Assembly: GCA_963924565.1 (NCBI GenBank)
Contig: OZ004613.1
Coordinates: forward strand, 11,594,001 to 11,658,000
Direction: 5' to 3'
DNA: 64,000 nucleotides
From: Ascidiella aspersa
Lineage: Eukaryota
The position numbers were made by a program, and so were the translations under genes. The notes under the pieces are model-generated. The model had not been told where the DNA came from. It saw only the letters and a program-made list of their open reading frames with translations, and searched no databases. Positions 23,521-37,500 of this stretch are shown piece after piece; the stretch's first letter is position 1, and every line of letters begins with the position of its first letter.

Positions 23521-24734
23521 ACGTGTTTTGTCTCATTGTTGGAGTACGCGGAACATCCAGATAAATCGAAAGGGTACGGTAAAACAATTGAAAAATATTT
23601 TTAGCCTAAACCGTGCACCCTATGCATGGTATGTTGCGCCATATGGCATGGTATGTTGCGCCATACGCAGTATAATCAAGTGCGATAATATCTAGTAATA
23701 TACAAGTATATATCAGGTGTCCAATGCGTCACGTATCTTTTAACTAATCCTATTTAAACCAAATTAGTGCAATTTTTCGACAATGACGCCATTAGACTTA
23801 ACTTTAGTTGCGTATTTTTGCACGGGTTAATTCGAGAACCGCAGTTTTCCAAGATTTTATGGAATTATTCGTCTGAAATTCAGCGTAATACAATGGGCAA
23901 TTGTGAAATAACAAACAACTTAATTGTGCTATTGATTTGCAAAATTAACGTTTAGCTAAAGCAGGGGTTCCCAACCTTTTTTACACCGTGGCCCGCTTTG
24001 AAATCAATGGGCCCCCTATTTTTTCAACCTATTAAAAAAATCACGAAACGTTTTTTTAATGAAAGAACTGGTTTATACAGTACGGTACCCGGTAGTTAGA
24101 ATATAAAAAATAATAAAATACAACACAGATAACTTTTATCATACTTCCTTCTTTTAGCAGTGATAGCCATTGCGCAAATTTTAAAATATTAATATAAATA
24201 AATCTAAAATTAACTCAAGATGAACAAGTAGCTTACTCTTGTACTAGTATTTATTAAAATATAATTTATTGCTTGTTACAGTGAAGTAGACTTAGAGATG
24301 ACAAATTAAAAAAAAATAGTATTTTTCAAATTGTTTCATGGCCCTTCTGATAAAGGCTCATGGCCCACCCCCCAAAAAAAATGAAACAATCTTGGAAATT
24401 TAAAAAAATGCATAATTGCATAATTCCACAGTTTACAATTTGTTTATATTGATATAAAAACACTGTCTGTATAATGCAAACCGTAAACACATGTGCTGTA
24501 TGTGATTATGAAACATATTATTCGGGAAGACAAACGCAAGCAAATTTCAGCAAATTGTGTCAATGGGAGCGCGATGCAAAAAAATTAGGAAACCAAAACT
24601 TTTAAGAAAGCAAACTTCGTGTTTACGGTTGTCTGTTCATATTTCGTGTCAACCAACGTTTGTCTGCCCAGCAACAAACAGTGCACAAAGGCACAGATCG
24701 ACTTAAATTATTGTGTCATTTTAAGTCTCTATAA

Positions 24735-25644
24735 CAGGGTGGTCCAAGGTTGACAGCATCGCGTGCCACAATATTTCTTGCATATATTCTGCGGGCCACA
24801 TAAAGTAGGCTACATGCGTACCAGGAAGCGGATCAACGATTTTCGTTTGGTCGGGGCACCAAATGGTTAGAATCAAGTCATAAAAAATCGCCAAATACAT
24901 ATAACCTCCAGAAACTTGCTGCTATCGTCGAACTTATGCGCAAATGAAATAGAGTGTTATAGACTGGGAAACATGGTACGCGCGAAGCGCGAAAAATTTG
25001 CATATTTGAACTTTTATTTTAGATGAATGCATTTCATAAGCGTAGAATGTTCTCGGAAACCGGGCGTACCTTATTAAACTTTTAAGAGAGATTTTGCAAA
25101 CTACACAATCGCCAAATTACAAAGATAATATCGCGCAAAAAGTTTTTAACCATATCAATTGGGCTGAAATTGCATCTTGGAAAGGGCCAGGGCGTTAGCC
25201 TAAAGTCACAGTGAAAACCTGTAAAACAATATTTCACAGCAGCACGATATATTTTATGGTTTATTTACTTTAATTTACAAAAAAATGATAATCTCATTAG
25301 GGTCGTACTTTTTATGTTTTGTTCATATTAAAAAGACGGAAAGCAAAACGCAAATATTACTTATTAGTTCGCAAAACAGCCATTTTAGAAAGTTCCAGAT
25401 AAGACGCACTGCGGCTTTTCTCAAACCGGTCTACACATACAAAAAACTAGGCGTTTTAGCCACCCCCCTGGATCCGAACTTGGTAAGATAGGAAACTGTT
25501 TGATTTAATGGTATAACCGGAAAAAAGTGATTATACCCAAACAATTGCAGTATGCTTCCTGTTCGTTGGTTAACTCTCAACGGTGCGCATGTAATAATTT
25601 AGCATTGCATCGCGGGCCGTGAGCAATAATGTCGCAGGCCACCG
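24735..25644. mobile_element. hAT-type MITE with a probable nested element (about 24822-25481)
   Basis: Perfect 8-bp TSD ctctataa (24727-24734 and 25645-25652) and degenerate TIRs cagggtggtcc / ggccaccg. The internal element has ends gcggatc / ggatccg. Confidence 0.6.
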
Positions 25645-27667
25645 CTCTATAAGCTGCGTGAGTGTTTATGTTACGTTGATTACTCCAATACGTTTTAGTT
25701 AATTTGAAGGGTTTTTGTAAAACGTCATAATGACAACATTCGGCGCTCAATGTAATAATAACATGTTTCGGTTGATTAATTGCTGATATAAAATCAGTTC
25801 GGACTTGATTGCTTGTGTATTGCGTTAGCATAGTCTCATATTGCGGTTATGTTTAGCGAAAATAACAATGCGCGTAGTTTGATGTTGCGTATAAAAGTTA
25901 AAATGAATAGGATTGTTTACGGATAGACCGGGGGTTGGCAAACTTTCATCCGACGAGACGCTTTTTTATATCAGCCGTTTAATAAAGGGCATTTATAGTG
26001 GACAAGTGGTGATTTTTTGTCTGTGAAGTATTTTTGCCAAGCCAGAGCAAGTGGGGGAGTTTATTGTGGGGGCCACAACACAGTGAGTTTGTGAAAACAT
26101 ATGGTTACAAATAGGGGCGGAACCACAAAAAAAATATCACACTAGGCCAAGGTTTCCCAAACTATAATTTTGCCAACTTTTACTCGAAAAATACATTTGC
26201 GTTCTGTTAACCTAGAGTAGACTATAAATGCCGTTATTCTGTCATGCTTTTTGGTGTCAAATGCATGACTTTTTAAAAGGAAAGTTTAAGTGGAAAGACA
26301 AACGCATTTTTTTCGCGCTTCGCGCGTTTAGAGTGCTTTTCAGGTGCATATTTACGCTGTTTTCAAGATAAATTGTTTTAAAACGTAATGTTAACAAATT
26401 TACGCCATCCCCGAAAATTGTCATGCAACTTCAGTATTAGGCCGCGATTTTTTTTTGGCATTTTGTGTCCGTTGTACCATTTTGAGTTGTGCAGGCCGAC
26501 CTCTGACGAATGCCCAGGTAATTTTGGTGTCATACATCCGGGTTGTCGCCGCGGTCAGACCTATTGTCAGTTGTCATCGTAACGGCTTTAAGGGTTTCAC
26601 ACTTAAGAATGCACAGCAGTTAGGGAATCTTAAATTTTGTAAAATAAACAGTAAAGTTTAGAGATATACTGTTTTACTGGAGATTTCAGTCATTGCTTTG
26701 CTGATTATTACCTGTCTTACTGACGAATCTCTCGTCGTATTGCATCACATATTTTTGACAAATATTGTGATGTAAAAATTACTCGCAAGTATTTTGAAAA
26801 GCGCTTGCAATTCGAATATAGTGACCCAATTTAAAAAAAATATTTAAAGCATAACCTTTGCACAAAAACTGGTCAAATATAAAAAATAATTTTGTTTCTT
26901 CTAGCAGAGAAGCGTAAAGTGCGTCGTCAGCTTAAAATGAGGGGTTGTTTGTTTGTTTCTTTGTTTGTTAAACAATTACGCAGCATGTTTAACAGGTAAG
27001 TCATAAAAATATATTGGGTTTACCTATAACGTTGGGTCATTAGAGGCTCCGTTCTGTTTTAAAGACGCGAAAGATGTATGTGAAGTACGAAGCATTTATT
27101 TATAATGATTTCCCATAGGTTTCGCTTTCAAGGAAGCATGTTCCCGCCCCACCAATCCGAACCCACGCCTCGCTATTTATCAAGTGGTTTAAAATTATGG
27201 TACACCCTGTAAGCGCAAATTCCAAACGTAACAATTACATCAATGAAGAAATAATGACCAATCTGGTACTTGTTATTTGCAGTTAGGTCGCAAGACATAA
27301 TGTTATGGGTTCGATTTTCAACAGTTTTAACGTGCGAGATAAACTGTTTGACGCATCTGTATTGCGCATAATGTGACCTCGATCATTTGCGCCAAGCGCA
27401 ACTAATGACCTAGTTTAAGAAACTTATGCTATTCACGGAGATGCAGCATTGATTTTATTGACTGTATATCTGTTTGAAATAATCGAATTGATTTCACGTC
27501 AAACGCAGAATGCGAAGCAGTGCTCTTCAACCGGGTATAGTGTATCATATAGCCAAGTGTATAGCAGATAAAAATTAGGGTATACAAACTCCAAAAGGTT
27601 ACGAAGGGTATACAAGATTAAGCGACAGAATATTGTTTTATTCATTCTGGTCCGTGTTGGTATAACC

Positions 27668-28596
27668 CAGTGGTTCTCAAACTATGCGTCGCTACGCCCT
27701 GGTGCGTCGTTTCAATTTCCCAAGGGCGTCGCAGAATAGTTCCGTTTCGTGGCTGAACTCAGTTTATTTTATAAAATAAGGTTAAGTGTAGTTTTATAAC
27801 TTTTTCGAAAATCAGTTGGACTGAATTTGTTCTTTAAGTGCTGTTTAATAGATTTGAATCAACTGTTTAAAAGTTTTAATTCCTTGCATGTTTATTCATG
27901 CATTGTTACGCAACAATAGCCTTTTATACAGCAGTAACATTGTGTAATTTCAAGTTAGCTTATAACAAAGCAAACCTGTCTGGATGCTCTCAATGCTCTA
28001 ATTTTTGTACAATTTGCTTGAAAAGAAAAGTAGGACGCTGCCTTTAAATTTGCAAAGCATATTTGGGCAACATTTGTCCAAGCTCGAGTCGAAATTTTCA
28101 AAATACTTTCCCGAAATTTTATCGAACTACGAATGGATTCGTGACCCTTTTGTCCAACCTACTATCTTTCTTTTACTGCACGAAGAAAAAGAAGCCTACA
28201 TTGACGTTCAATTCAGGAAATCGGTCAACTTTTGGATTTCAATGAATGCCGATTATCCAGCTTTGGTGCACTACGAATTATTATCCCATTCGCCCCGTTG
28301 TATTTATGTGAAGCAAGATTTCTTCTTTGGCGGTGATAAAAGCAAATATCAATCACGAATTAACACAAAAAGAGAAATGCGTGTGGCAATTTCAAAAATT
28401 TTCCCAAGATTCAATGAACTTTATAAAAACAAACAAGCCCACACGTCACATTAAATAATATGCATTGCCTTTTGTTGTTGTATCAATAAAACAACTTAAA
28501 AAATAAGTTTTCTCATTAACTTTTATTTTCGGGTGCGTCGCAAGTCCAGAAAACTTTTCCAGAGGCGTCGCAACATAAAAAGCTTGAGAACCACTG
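27668..28596 (+). mobile_element. Internally deleted hAT (Buster/Charlie) transposon
   Basis: TIRs cagtggttctcaa / ttgagaaccactg, perfect 8-bp TSD gtataacc, and subterminal gcgtcgc repeats. It carries a transposase C-terminal remnant. Confidence 0.9.
28005..28454 (+). pseudogene. Remnant of the C-terminal dimerisation region of a Charlie/ZBED5-ZBED8-like hAT transposase
   Basis: Motifs FSKYFP, YEWIRDPF, FWISM..DYPAL and KSKYQSRIN..EMRVAISKI.PRF..L..NKQAHTSH*. There is no N-terminal or catalytic part, and a local frameshift is apparent. Confidence 0.85.
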
Positions 28597-31593
28597 GTAT
28601 AACCTATACATAAAATCGCCTTTCTGTGGTTAGATTTTACCTAACAAACCAATTAATATCAATATGGCGATTGTTGACTGCTATACGAAGTTTCTAGCTT
28701 TCGTTGCTATACGAAATTTCTCGCAATACAGCTTTAGTTTAAGAACAAAAGTACTCGGTAGGGTAATTGGTAGCACACTAACTTTGTTAATTAACGTTGG
28801 TATTAAAAGGCTTTTTAAAATACATATACGGCCCAAGAGAGTAATACAGCGGGACGACCATATGTGTAAAATTGTGTTAATCTTTCCAATAAAATCCCAA
28901 TATATAGTGAATAAAACAGTTTTTTTATCTATAATTGGAATTTCGACATCGAGATAGCGGATTGAAGTGTAAGGCCTTTCCAGACCTTTGCCTGCATAGG
29001 GATTTTGTTTAGTTAAAGATATGTCACTTGATATGTCTGCTTATACTTTCGCTTTTTTAGCAATATTTTCGAATTACTTCACACTCGAACAAAAATGCCA
29101 TACTATCCGTATAATTTAATTTTGGGTTACATTACAAATTTCAGAATCAATGATGTAACAGGTCAGGGGTCGTCAACCTTCGATCCCCGGGCCAAAAAAC
29201 GCTCGCCATCCGACCCACTAGCTCTTTTACAAACTGGGCAAGAGGCCATTCCCGTATTATTTTCGTCTAACTACTGTAATTTAAATTCATTTTTATCTTA
29301 TTTATAAGTCTATGTTGGAAATCTTAGGTCCGCCCCTGTTTAGCGTTTGGTATATATTGAATGCCTAAATAACTGTTAAGAACAAAATTGAAATCGAAAA
29401 TGAATTACGGATCGCCGATACCTTAGTGATTTTGGCTTTGGTCGCCACTACGAAAAGTTGCCGATTCTGGTTTAGGATGAGTTTGATGTAGCCTACTCAT
29501 TTGTACTAAACCATTGGACTCGGCGCTGAGTCCTAATTATGTATGGAATTAAACTAAAAGTAAGTCTGTATTGGCTGTGCTGTTTGTGATCGATTTCATT
29601 TGCCCCACTATGGCGAATGCAATTACTCAGGATCAATCGAAGACTACCGAAAAAGCTTTTCTCATTCTTTTTTGTTTTATATCGATTCGTTTGGTTTGAT
29701 AGGTCGTTTTCTAGTTTTTTAAGCGCCCTTTTTATTGTAAAAGTTTATCTAATATTTGGGCTCGATTTTCATTATGTGACAATGTAACTCGAGTCAGTAG
29801 GTATCGAATTTACTTTTCCTTTTTAAAAAAGCGTTACCCACTTTATGTTGGTACAAATAGGCGTCTTGAAGCTCCAAAAAATATCTCTAATACTTGTAGA
29901 TCGGTGGTTCCCAACAGAGGGGTGTAGCATATAATACTTAACGGTGTCGAAATATAATTGAGATTGTTTGAGATTTAGATTTTTGCAAGTTTGGTTACAC
30001 TTATACAATGTATACAAAATTCAGATTTTTTTCCTACATGCATATTCTATAAGTCTTGGTGCCGAAATTCAAAGTGTTTCATTTGTGAAGATAAACCTAT
30101 CCACTATCTACAACATTACGATATTAGAAACACCACGGAAATTTTCCCTTCCTATAAATAAGTCATTATAAATATTTTCTGGCTGCGTTCCGCGTAAGTG
30201 GATTTTGCTGTCACTGCGTACCTTTGGGTTTAAAGATGAACCAAATCGTCCAAAATTTTAAGTTATTTCAAGCAAAACAATCTCCGTCTCGGCGCCAGTC
30301 GCTAGATTATAGGGGCTGTTTATGGCGTAAAAACGCGTGGTAGTTTTTTAAATTCCACATAGTTCCTAACAACTACTCGCATTTCACCTGAAATGCCTTC
30401 ACTGTAGGTTCGTGTACCACAGGTTGAGAACCACTGTCCTAAAGCCGCGTTTCAACGTCGCTTTGTTCGACCGCATGCCACCAGCTTGGAAATTGTCAGA
30501 CCTAAGTGGAATTCGTTTGCGAAGAAGCGTTACACTTTGATTCACTTCACCGTGAATGGAAACCACTAATAACCAAGCACTGAACCGACGCGAAGTGCCC
30601 AAGAGTTTTTGCAGAGCACACAAGGGCGCCATTATGTTATCCGTGCAAGCACGTCTGCCACAATGTCAACACAAATAGGTATGATTTCGCCAAGGAGCGT
30701 GACACGAAATAAACCATAACATAAAGTCAGCAACTGTGCGTTGAGCAAACTCAGTCAAGCAATAGGCACATTGCAGTGTTCGAGGCACCTATGAAGGACC
30801 AGTTGAATTTATGAACGTTGCCTTGACGAGCGGAGAACAAAGTCGTCCTCGCTTGTCAACTCTTGTCGCGACAATCGATTTACCTAATGTGATTCTGTAC
30901 GAATGAGCTCAGTGTTCAAAATACAACTGATTTGGTTTAACATCGCCGAAGTGTAACGTGCAGCCTACCAGGTAATAATAAGTGTGCGGCCTGAACGAAA
31001 CCATGAAGTATAGGGGGAAGTATCAAGTAGATTTTTGCGACGTGCACGAACTTTACGCAAAGACAAGCACAGGATAAATTGCTAAGCACACGAACTCGTA
31101 ACTTAGCCGGAACTTCGTGGTAAGCAACAGCACCAACTAAGTGTAGTCTGTCGAACCTAGTGTCGGCCTGTGGTTTGTAGAGCGGCGCGGAAAGGAATCG
31201 CAAGAGTAGATAAGTGGAAATGACGGGAGATTGGTGTTGCGATGTTGTTCAAAACCACTGTCACTGGTATGCGGCGTCGATAGAATCTCGCACTAACAGA
31301 TAGCGAAGAATTTCCGCAAGGACAGATAGCAAAAACGAGATTACACGTTTGTTTGATTTTATCTACGCGTGCATATCAACGGTAAACGAGTATTTCAGTT
31401 TTCGTATACCTGTGCGCCGCTGAAAACTAAAACGAGTGACTTATTTGTATAACAGTCTTTCGAAATTTAAACTGCCGTGTTGCAAAACATTAATATTGTC
31501 TTATTTTTTATTGGCATTTCATATATAGGAAGTCGCATTTTTTCTGTTATAAATGAGCTTTGTATTGTATAGCTGTGGAACAAATTTGCAATT

Positions 31594-34500
31594 ATGGATG
31601 GAAAGCATTTTCTAAGAGACGACTTATTGAACTACAAACCTGCTTCTAATCTACATTTTAATGAAAGGATTAAGTATGCAAGTTAATATTTTTTTAAACG
31701 CCATTAAATTTTATTGCTGCCTCATGTTCATAATTCGATTCCTTCATATTTTTAGTTTTGTAACTTTGAAATATTTAAATAACATTTCGAAATAAGTTTT
31801 TTTACATTCTAAATGAAAAAATATAGTTATATGGTTTTATCTTTAGAGTTTTTTAGCTTTAGAATGCATCCTTTAATATATAAGCATAATTATTTTTAGG
31901 GAATTACAGAAATCTGGAAAGTCAATTTTTCACATGGGTTTTGGGCAGTCTCCATTTCCAATTCCTCAATTTGCTCAGCAAAGATTAAGAGAGCATGCTG
32001 ATAATGGCCTTTACTTGCCAAGCAGGGGTAGGAAATGACCTAAAAGAATGTTTAAATTACACAGAATTTAAAACATGTAGCCTAAAAAACGTTAGCTAAT
32101 TTTCGGCCAACTGAAAGCGTGTTTTTATTGGTAAAAATTGGTACACTTATATTTATCATATTTACAAGTATTTTTTTTAAATATTTTATTTTTGCCATAA
32201 ACTTGAAACAACATACCTAATTTTAGGAATTTGTTTGCTATTAAATTAGGTTAATTACAAATCTTTTTATGCCTTTTATTTTATGCTACATGTTTAGTTT
32301 TGTTAAAAAATTAAATAATGTGCTACTTGCATTATGTAAGTTCATAAACTAGTGAGCCATGTCAAAATATTTCTACATACTATGAATCTTTCTTTTTACA
32401 CAAAGGAATTTTAGAGCTGCGAGAAGCAATTTGTGCCCTACACAAAAGAGAAGATAACTTAGAACATTTTTATCCAGAATATGCAGTTGTTGGTCCTGGC
32501 TCCAAAGAATTGATATTTCTGCTGTTATGCATCACTGGTGGTGGTATGACCTCCTGTCAAAATAAGATTTACAACCAATGAAAATTTATAAAGATAACTA
32601 AATTGTTTTCTTGATATATTTCAATGATTGTTTTATGTAAAAATAAAACTAAAATTGGTTAACACACAAGCCTCCTAAATTAATATTTTATCTCATTTAA
32701 AAACATTTTGTGAACATATCAAACATTTTTTGACTTTGTTATAAAAAAAGAATTCTTCAAACAAAAGACACTGAAAAATCAATTTGCAAAATTTAATTAC
32801 TAATGCCAAACATAGATATGTTATCAATAAAAATAGAGGTCGAATTTAATAAATGAATTTTGTGTTAATAAAGTGGCATAAAAAAAGGTGACAGTTTTAT
32901 CAATTATTTAAGCCTATTTTCATATATAATAAATTTAAATATGGTTAATAATAAAAAAGGTAGGCTGTCTATTATATGTTTGTTTATTAGATGATGTTTT
33001 TTTACTGATAACACAGATGTTGTTTTGCTCTCTCCAACTTGGACTACCTATAAACCTCAGGGTATCTTGTCCAAACATAAAGTAATTGTCATTCCTACAA
33101 AATTCAATCAAGGGTGGAAACTTACACCAGATGATTTGGAAAAGGTGAACAAAATAAATTTTGTGAATAATAATATATTTATTTAAAAAATCATTTTAAC
33201 CTAAATAAAAAACAATCTTATTTTAGACTATTTTTTACGTTTTATAGATAATAATGCATCTGGGAAAACATTTTTGCAATGCATAATTAACTTATTGAAT
33301 TGCAATAAATTGTAAAGCAAGGTAATTTTTTTATGTGCTTATACAGGCATTTCATGAAAATTCCATTCGAAAGAATAGCATCCTTGTATTTTGTAATCCT
33401 GACAATCCAAGTAAGGCGATTTTAGAATGTAATTGCAATATTTTTAAAGTGTTTAAACAATAAACAATGCCTACCTTGAATAGCTGGAGCAGCTTACACA
33501 GATGAGGAGCTTAAGAAATTAAGGTGAGATGTTTCTACAACAAATTCTAATGTTACATTCTCATATTATTAGTTTTTTAACTTTCAAATATTTAAATAAC
33601 ATTTAAAAATAAGTTTTTAACATTCTAAATAAAAATTATAAATATATGGTTTTAGCTTTAGAATGCCATCGTTCAATATTAAACCTTTATTTATAAATTA
33701 AAATGTGGAATTTTTATTAAAAAAAATCAAAGTTATATTGGTGTCATTAAAATGATTTCATCTCACTGCTTGAAAACTAGCAATAAAATTACACTTAAAA
33801 GTAAGTACCTACAATCGTTTCACTTTCTAAGCTCCTCTTTATAAAAAAAGTTTTATAATTAAAACCCTATATAATTTATTGGTTTTATTGATTGCTCCAC
33901 ATATGTATTTTCATAATTGGCTACATGTCAGCAAATATTCCTACATGATAAAATATACATATTTTTTAATATAGTAAGTATTTAAAGGATAACTTTCGTA
34001 TAGTCTACAAGGTAATTATTTTACTTTTTATTGTTAAGTGTTTGTAATTTTAGCGAAGTGATGCGTAAACACGGATTACTGGTGGTCAGTGACGAAATTT
34101 ACTCCCGGCTCTCTTTCAACAACAATCACGTATCGCTTGCAAAGGTTAACCAATGCTAGCTTTCTGCTAATTTCGTTTTTTAAATTTTGTTAATACACTG
34201 CGGTTAAGGCAGACTAAGATCATTTTTTCCTTTGGATTCTCGCATGTTAAGAATAAAGGATAAGACTCCAGATATGATTTAAAGTTTTTAGCAAACGTTT
34301 AAGGGATTAAGGTCATTTTCATTAAGTGCTGTCACCGATCTCTAATAGCCACATATTCTTCATCGCAGATCATAATTTAACGCTTTTAAAGCAACAGAAG
34401 GTTGTTTTGTTAACTAGAAAACGGTATTTTTTCTTGTGGTTGTGGCGAAAGTATTTTTTTCATTTGTAAAATATAAACGGTCACCAATACTATAGGAAAC

Positions 34501-37500
34501 TAATTCAGAACGTAGTCAATGTGTAAATTTATTTCGCCTTTCGGTGCTAATTAAGTAACTCCGTCTATTCGTTTGAAGCATTATCCCGAGGCCACCATTC
34601 TTTCGTCGGGCATTTCTAAGTGGGCGAGTTGCGGGGGCTGGCGACTCGGTTATCATCTTTTCCCTTCGCAGCTCAGCGGTAAGTCAACCAGCTTAACTGC
34701 TCCTGGGGGCGTGGCGCAACTGCCTTGACGCAACTGAGGTTTATGAGCAAACACGGTTATTGGCCGCCAGAGCGTTAACGCAAGGTAACATGTTGACTTT
34801 TAAAACGGTGTTCGACTGATCGACCTTGCATGCTTTGTTGGGTGGAACGGGACTCAGTAAACTATGCTGTTTGCTATACGGAGCGTGTTAGCTTGGAATT
34901 GTAATTGTAAAGGAATTCCGGGCGCTGTTTGGAGTGTAAGGGCACCTATAGACGAAGAGTGCAAGCTGTAAGGGTCCCTATAGACACTTTAACTTACGAC
35001 AAAAACGTGTTTGAAAACCACCTTAAGTAGATGAAATACTGGTCAACTTTAAAGTCGAGCAAATTCACATTCAAATTTATGGTTATAAAAACTACACTTG
35101 CCCACACATCGCATAATTAAAAATAAAAAGTAGCGGGTGCTCATTTTGCGTGCTCCACGGCGTCACGAAAAACCTCAACTTTCACACTAATTGTAGGATC
35201 AAGTTTACTTCGTTACTTCCTGCCTAATGGCAATTGTGGTGTTGAATAAATGGTCGTATTGTGTTGTGTGTTCTTTTATTCTATTGTGCATGTTGCACTA
35301 TTTTCGAAAGCGATGACATGACCGCCAAATGCTTTTTGAAATCGTTTGAAGCCGGTTCACCAGGCCTTATTTCATCAGTTTGCATGTTCACCATAGCCTA
35401 GATTTGGCCATGTCGACATGTTCACCAGTCGTGACTTTTGAGATAATATTGTTACAATTACGAAGTACCAGTGTTTTCTTAAAAGTGAGGAAAATAACCC
35501 ATATTTTCCGAAAAATGTTTTCAATTGATACTCTTTTGACCTACCTACTTGGTCTGGTAATTTTAAAACAGTAACTTAAGTGCAGTCAAGTCAATAGCTT
35601 AAGTCATTACAACAATGCAAAGCATAGGGCTATTTCGTTGAGGCCTTGGGACTTTCTTGCGGGAAGTTTATGAGTGAATAAAAAGTCAACGAAACTGGCC
35701 AATAAAGAAACAAAAAAGTGTTAGGGTACTTCGGTGTTATGGCTACGCAAACCGATTTATTATCTCCAGGGCATTTTCAGACAACAATTTCAAAACTACT
35801 TTGCCGATTTATCTGTGTTAACGCTATGTTTTGTATTTGCAGCTGTCAGCGCGGCCGTCGCTAGCGCGGCAAGTCAAACCTACACTTGCGCAAGCGCGCC
35901 AGTACAATACGCCGCCGTAAGGGTAAGTCAGGCGTTAATACAAGGATAACGAACATTGGAATCCTTCAAGTCTTAACCTTAAGCCGGCACACAAAAAACA
36001 AAAGCCCACTTTTATTTGTACGATTAACTTCGTGATCTAAGTTGTTAACTTTAATTGTGGATAAGGTAAAAAAAACAAATCCAAGAAAAAATAGACACAT
36101 GATAACCTAACAGTTGGTTGGACTGGTGTAAATACCCGGTTAGTTTGCAGTGTTGTAAACAAGTCATTTTGAAATGACTTAAGTCCCAGTCAAGTCATTT
36201 GAAAAATAACTTAAGTTAAAGTCAAGTATTTTGCAAAAATGACAAGTCAAGTCTCAGTCCAAGTCATCGTTTGTCCAAGTCAAGTCATTATAAGAGCAGT
36301 CAATTTCAAGTCATCTCTTTGACATAAAATAAATTACAATTACTAAACTCGTCCGACTATAAGCAGCAATTTAACTAAAAAAAATAACACAACGCAATAT
36401 GCAGCACTAAAAGTGTTCAATGTGCAAAACTTGAGATAAATTTTAATAAAAAACACCTAATTTAATCTTTTATTCAACAAAATGACTTAAGTCCAAATCA
36501 AGTCATTTGCCCAAAAGACTTAAGTCAAGTCAAGTCATATTGATCAAAAGACTTTATAGTCAATTCATTTGAAAACAGTGACTTAAAGTGCACCGAAGTC
36601 AAGTCAATGATTCGAGTCATTACAACACTGGTAATTTGTCTGGGTTTGTTGTGCAGCTGTTCCAGTACGACGACCATTGCAAATCTTATGTGGCGCATTG
36701 CAGTCGAATTCTCTGCGCGGTGGCCACCTTTTGCTGCAGGTGATTGAAATTAACAACTCAAAGATGTGGACTCTTTTGGAGTGCAATTAAACTGCTTTGA
36801 TAATATTTTTTCTGACATTGCCACCCTTACCCTATTAGCAAGTCCAAGACATAAACTTAGTAAACAAACGCAAACTGCCTTGATCTGATCATGTGGCATC
36901 GAAGTTACCCAGGGTTAATGGATAGATATTGCGTATTTAACAAATAATGATAACATTCTAATCGTTTTACTTCACTCTATACCAGTGGTTCTCAAACCTT
37001 TTTAGAAAAATTGCGCAACGGTCCCTCAGCAACTTTTTAAATTGCTCACGGTCCCTTAAAAATATACACAAAATAACATTTGTTTTTAATGGTATCAATG
37101 GGATCGGTGCACTTGCTTCTTTGCTATCAGCTCGGCTATGTTAACCTCTAACGAATCACTTATTTAAGTGAAGCAATCACGAACAGTTTTAAAACCGTGA
37201 CCGTACAGCTCACAGTGACAGCGCAGCAAATTGTAAAAACGTAATTCTCATTAGCACAATGCAATACTATGACGTCACAATGGACAATTCAACTCAAAAT
37301 GTACAATAACGTAATGTCGTAAATGAACAACTAATCAACTTGCTTTGGAAAATGAAGTTTTCTGAATTTTTTTTGCACAAGAGGTTTTCTTCTTCAGGAG
37401 CGTCGTTTTGATTTTTTGTTAGGTGCTTCGCGGTCCCAGAAAATTGTCTCGCGGACCCCAAACGGACCGCGGACCCCAGTTTGAGAACCACTGCTCTATA

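Noticed and set aside
29901-30436. Single MITE bounded by cggtggttcccaac and gttgagaaccactg
   Set aside because: The flanks show no matching 8-bp TSD. They may be ends of two different decayed elements, so they are not called as one feature.
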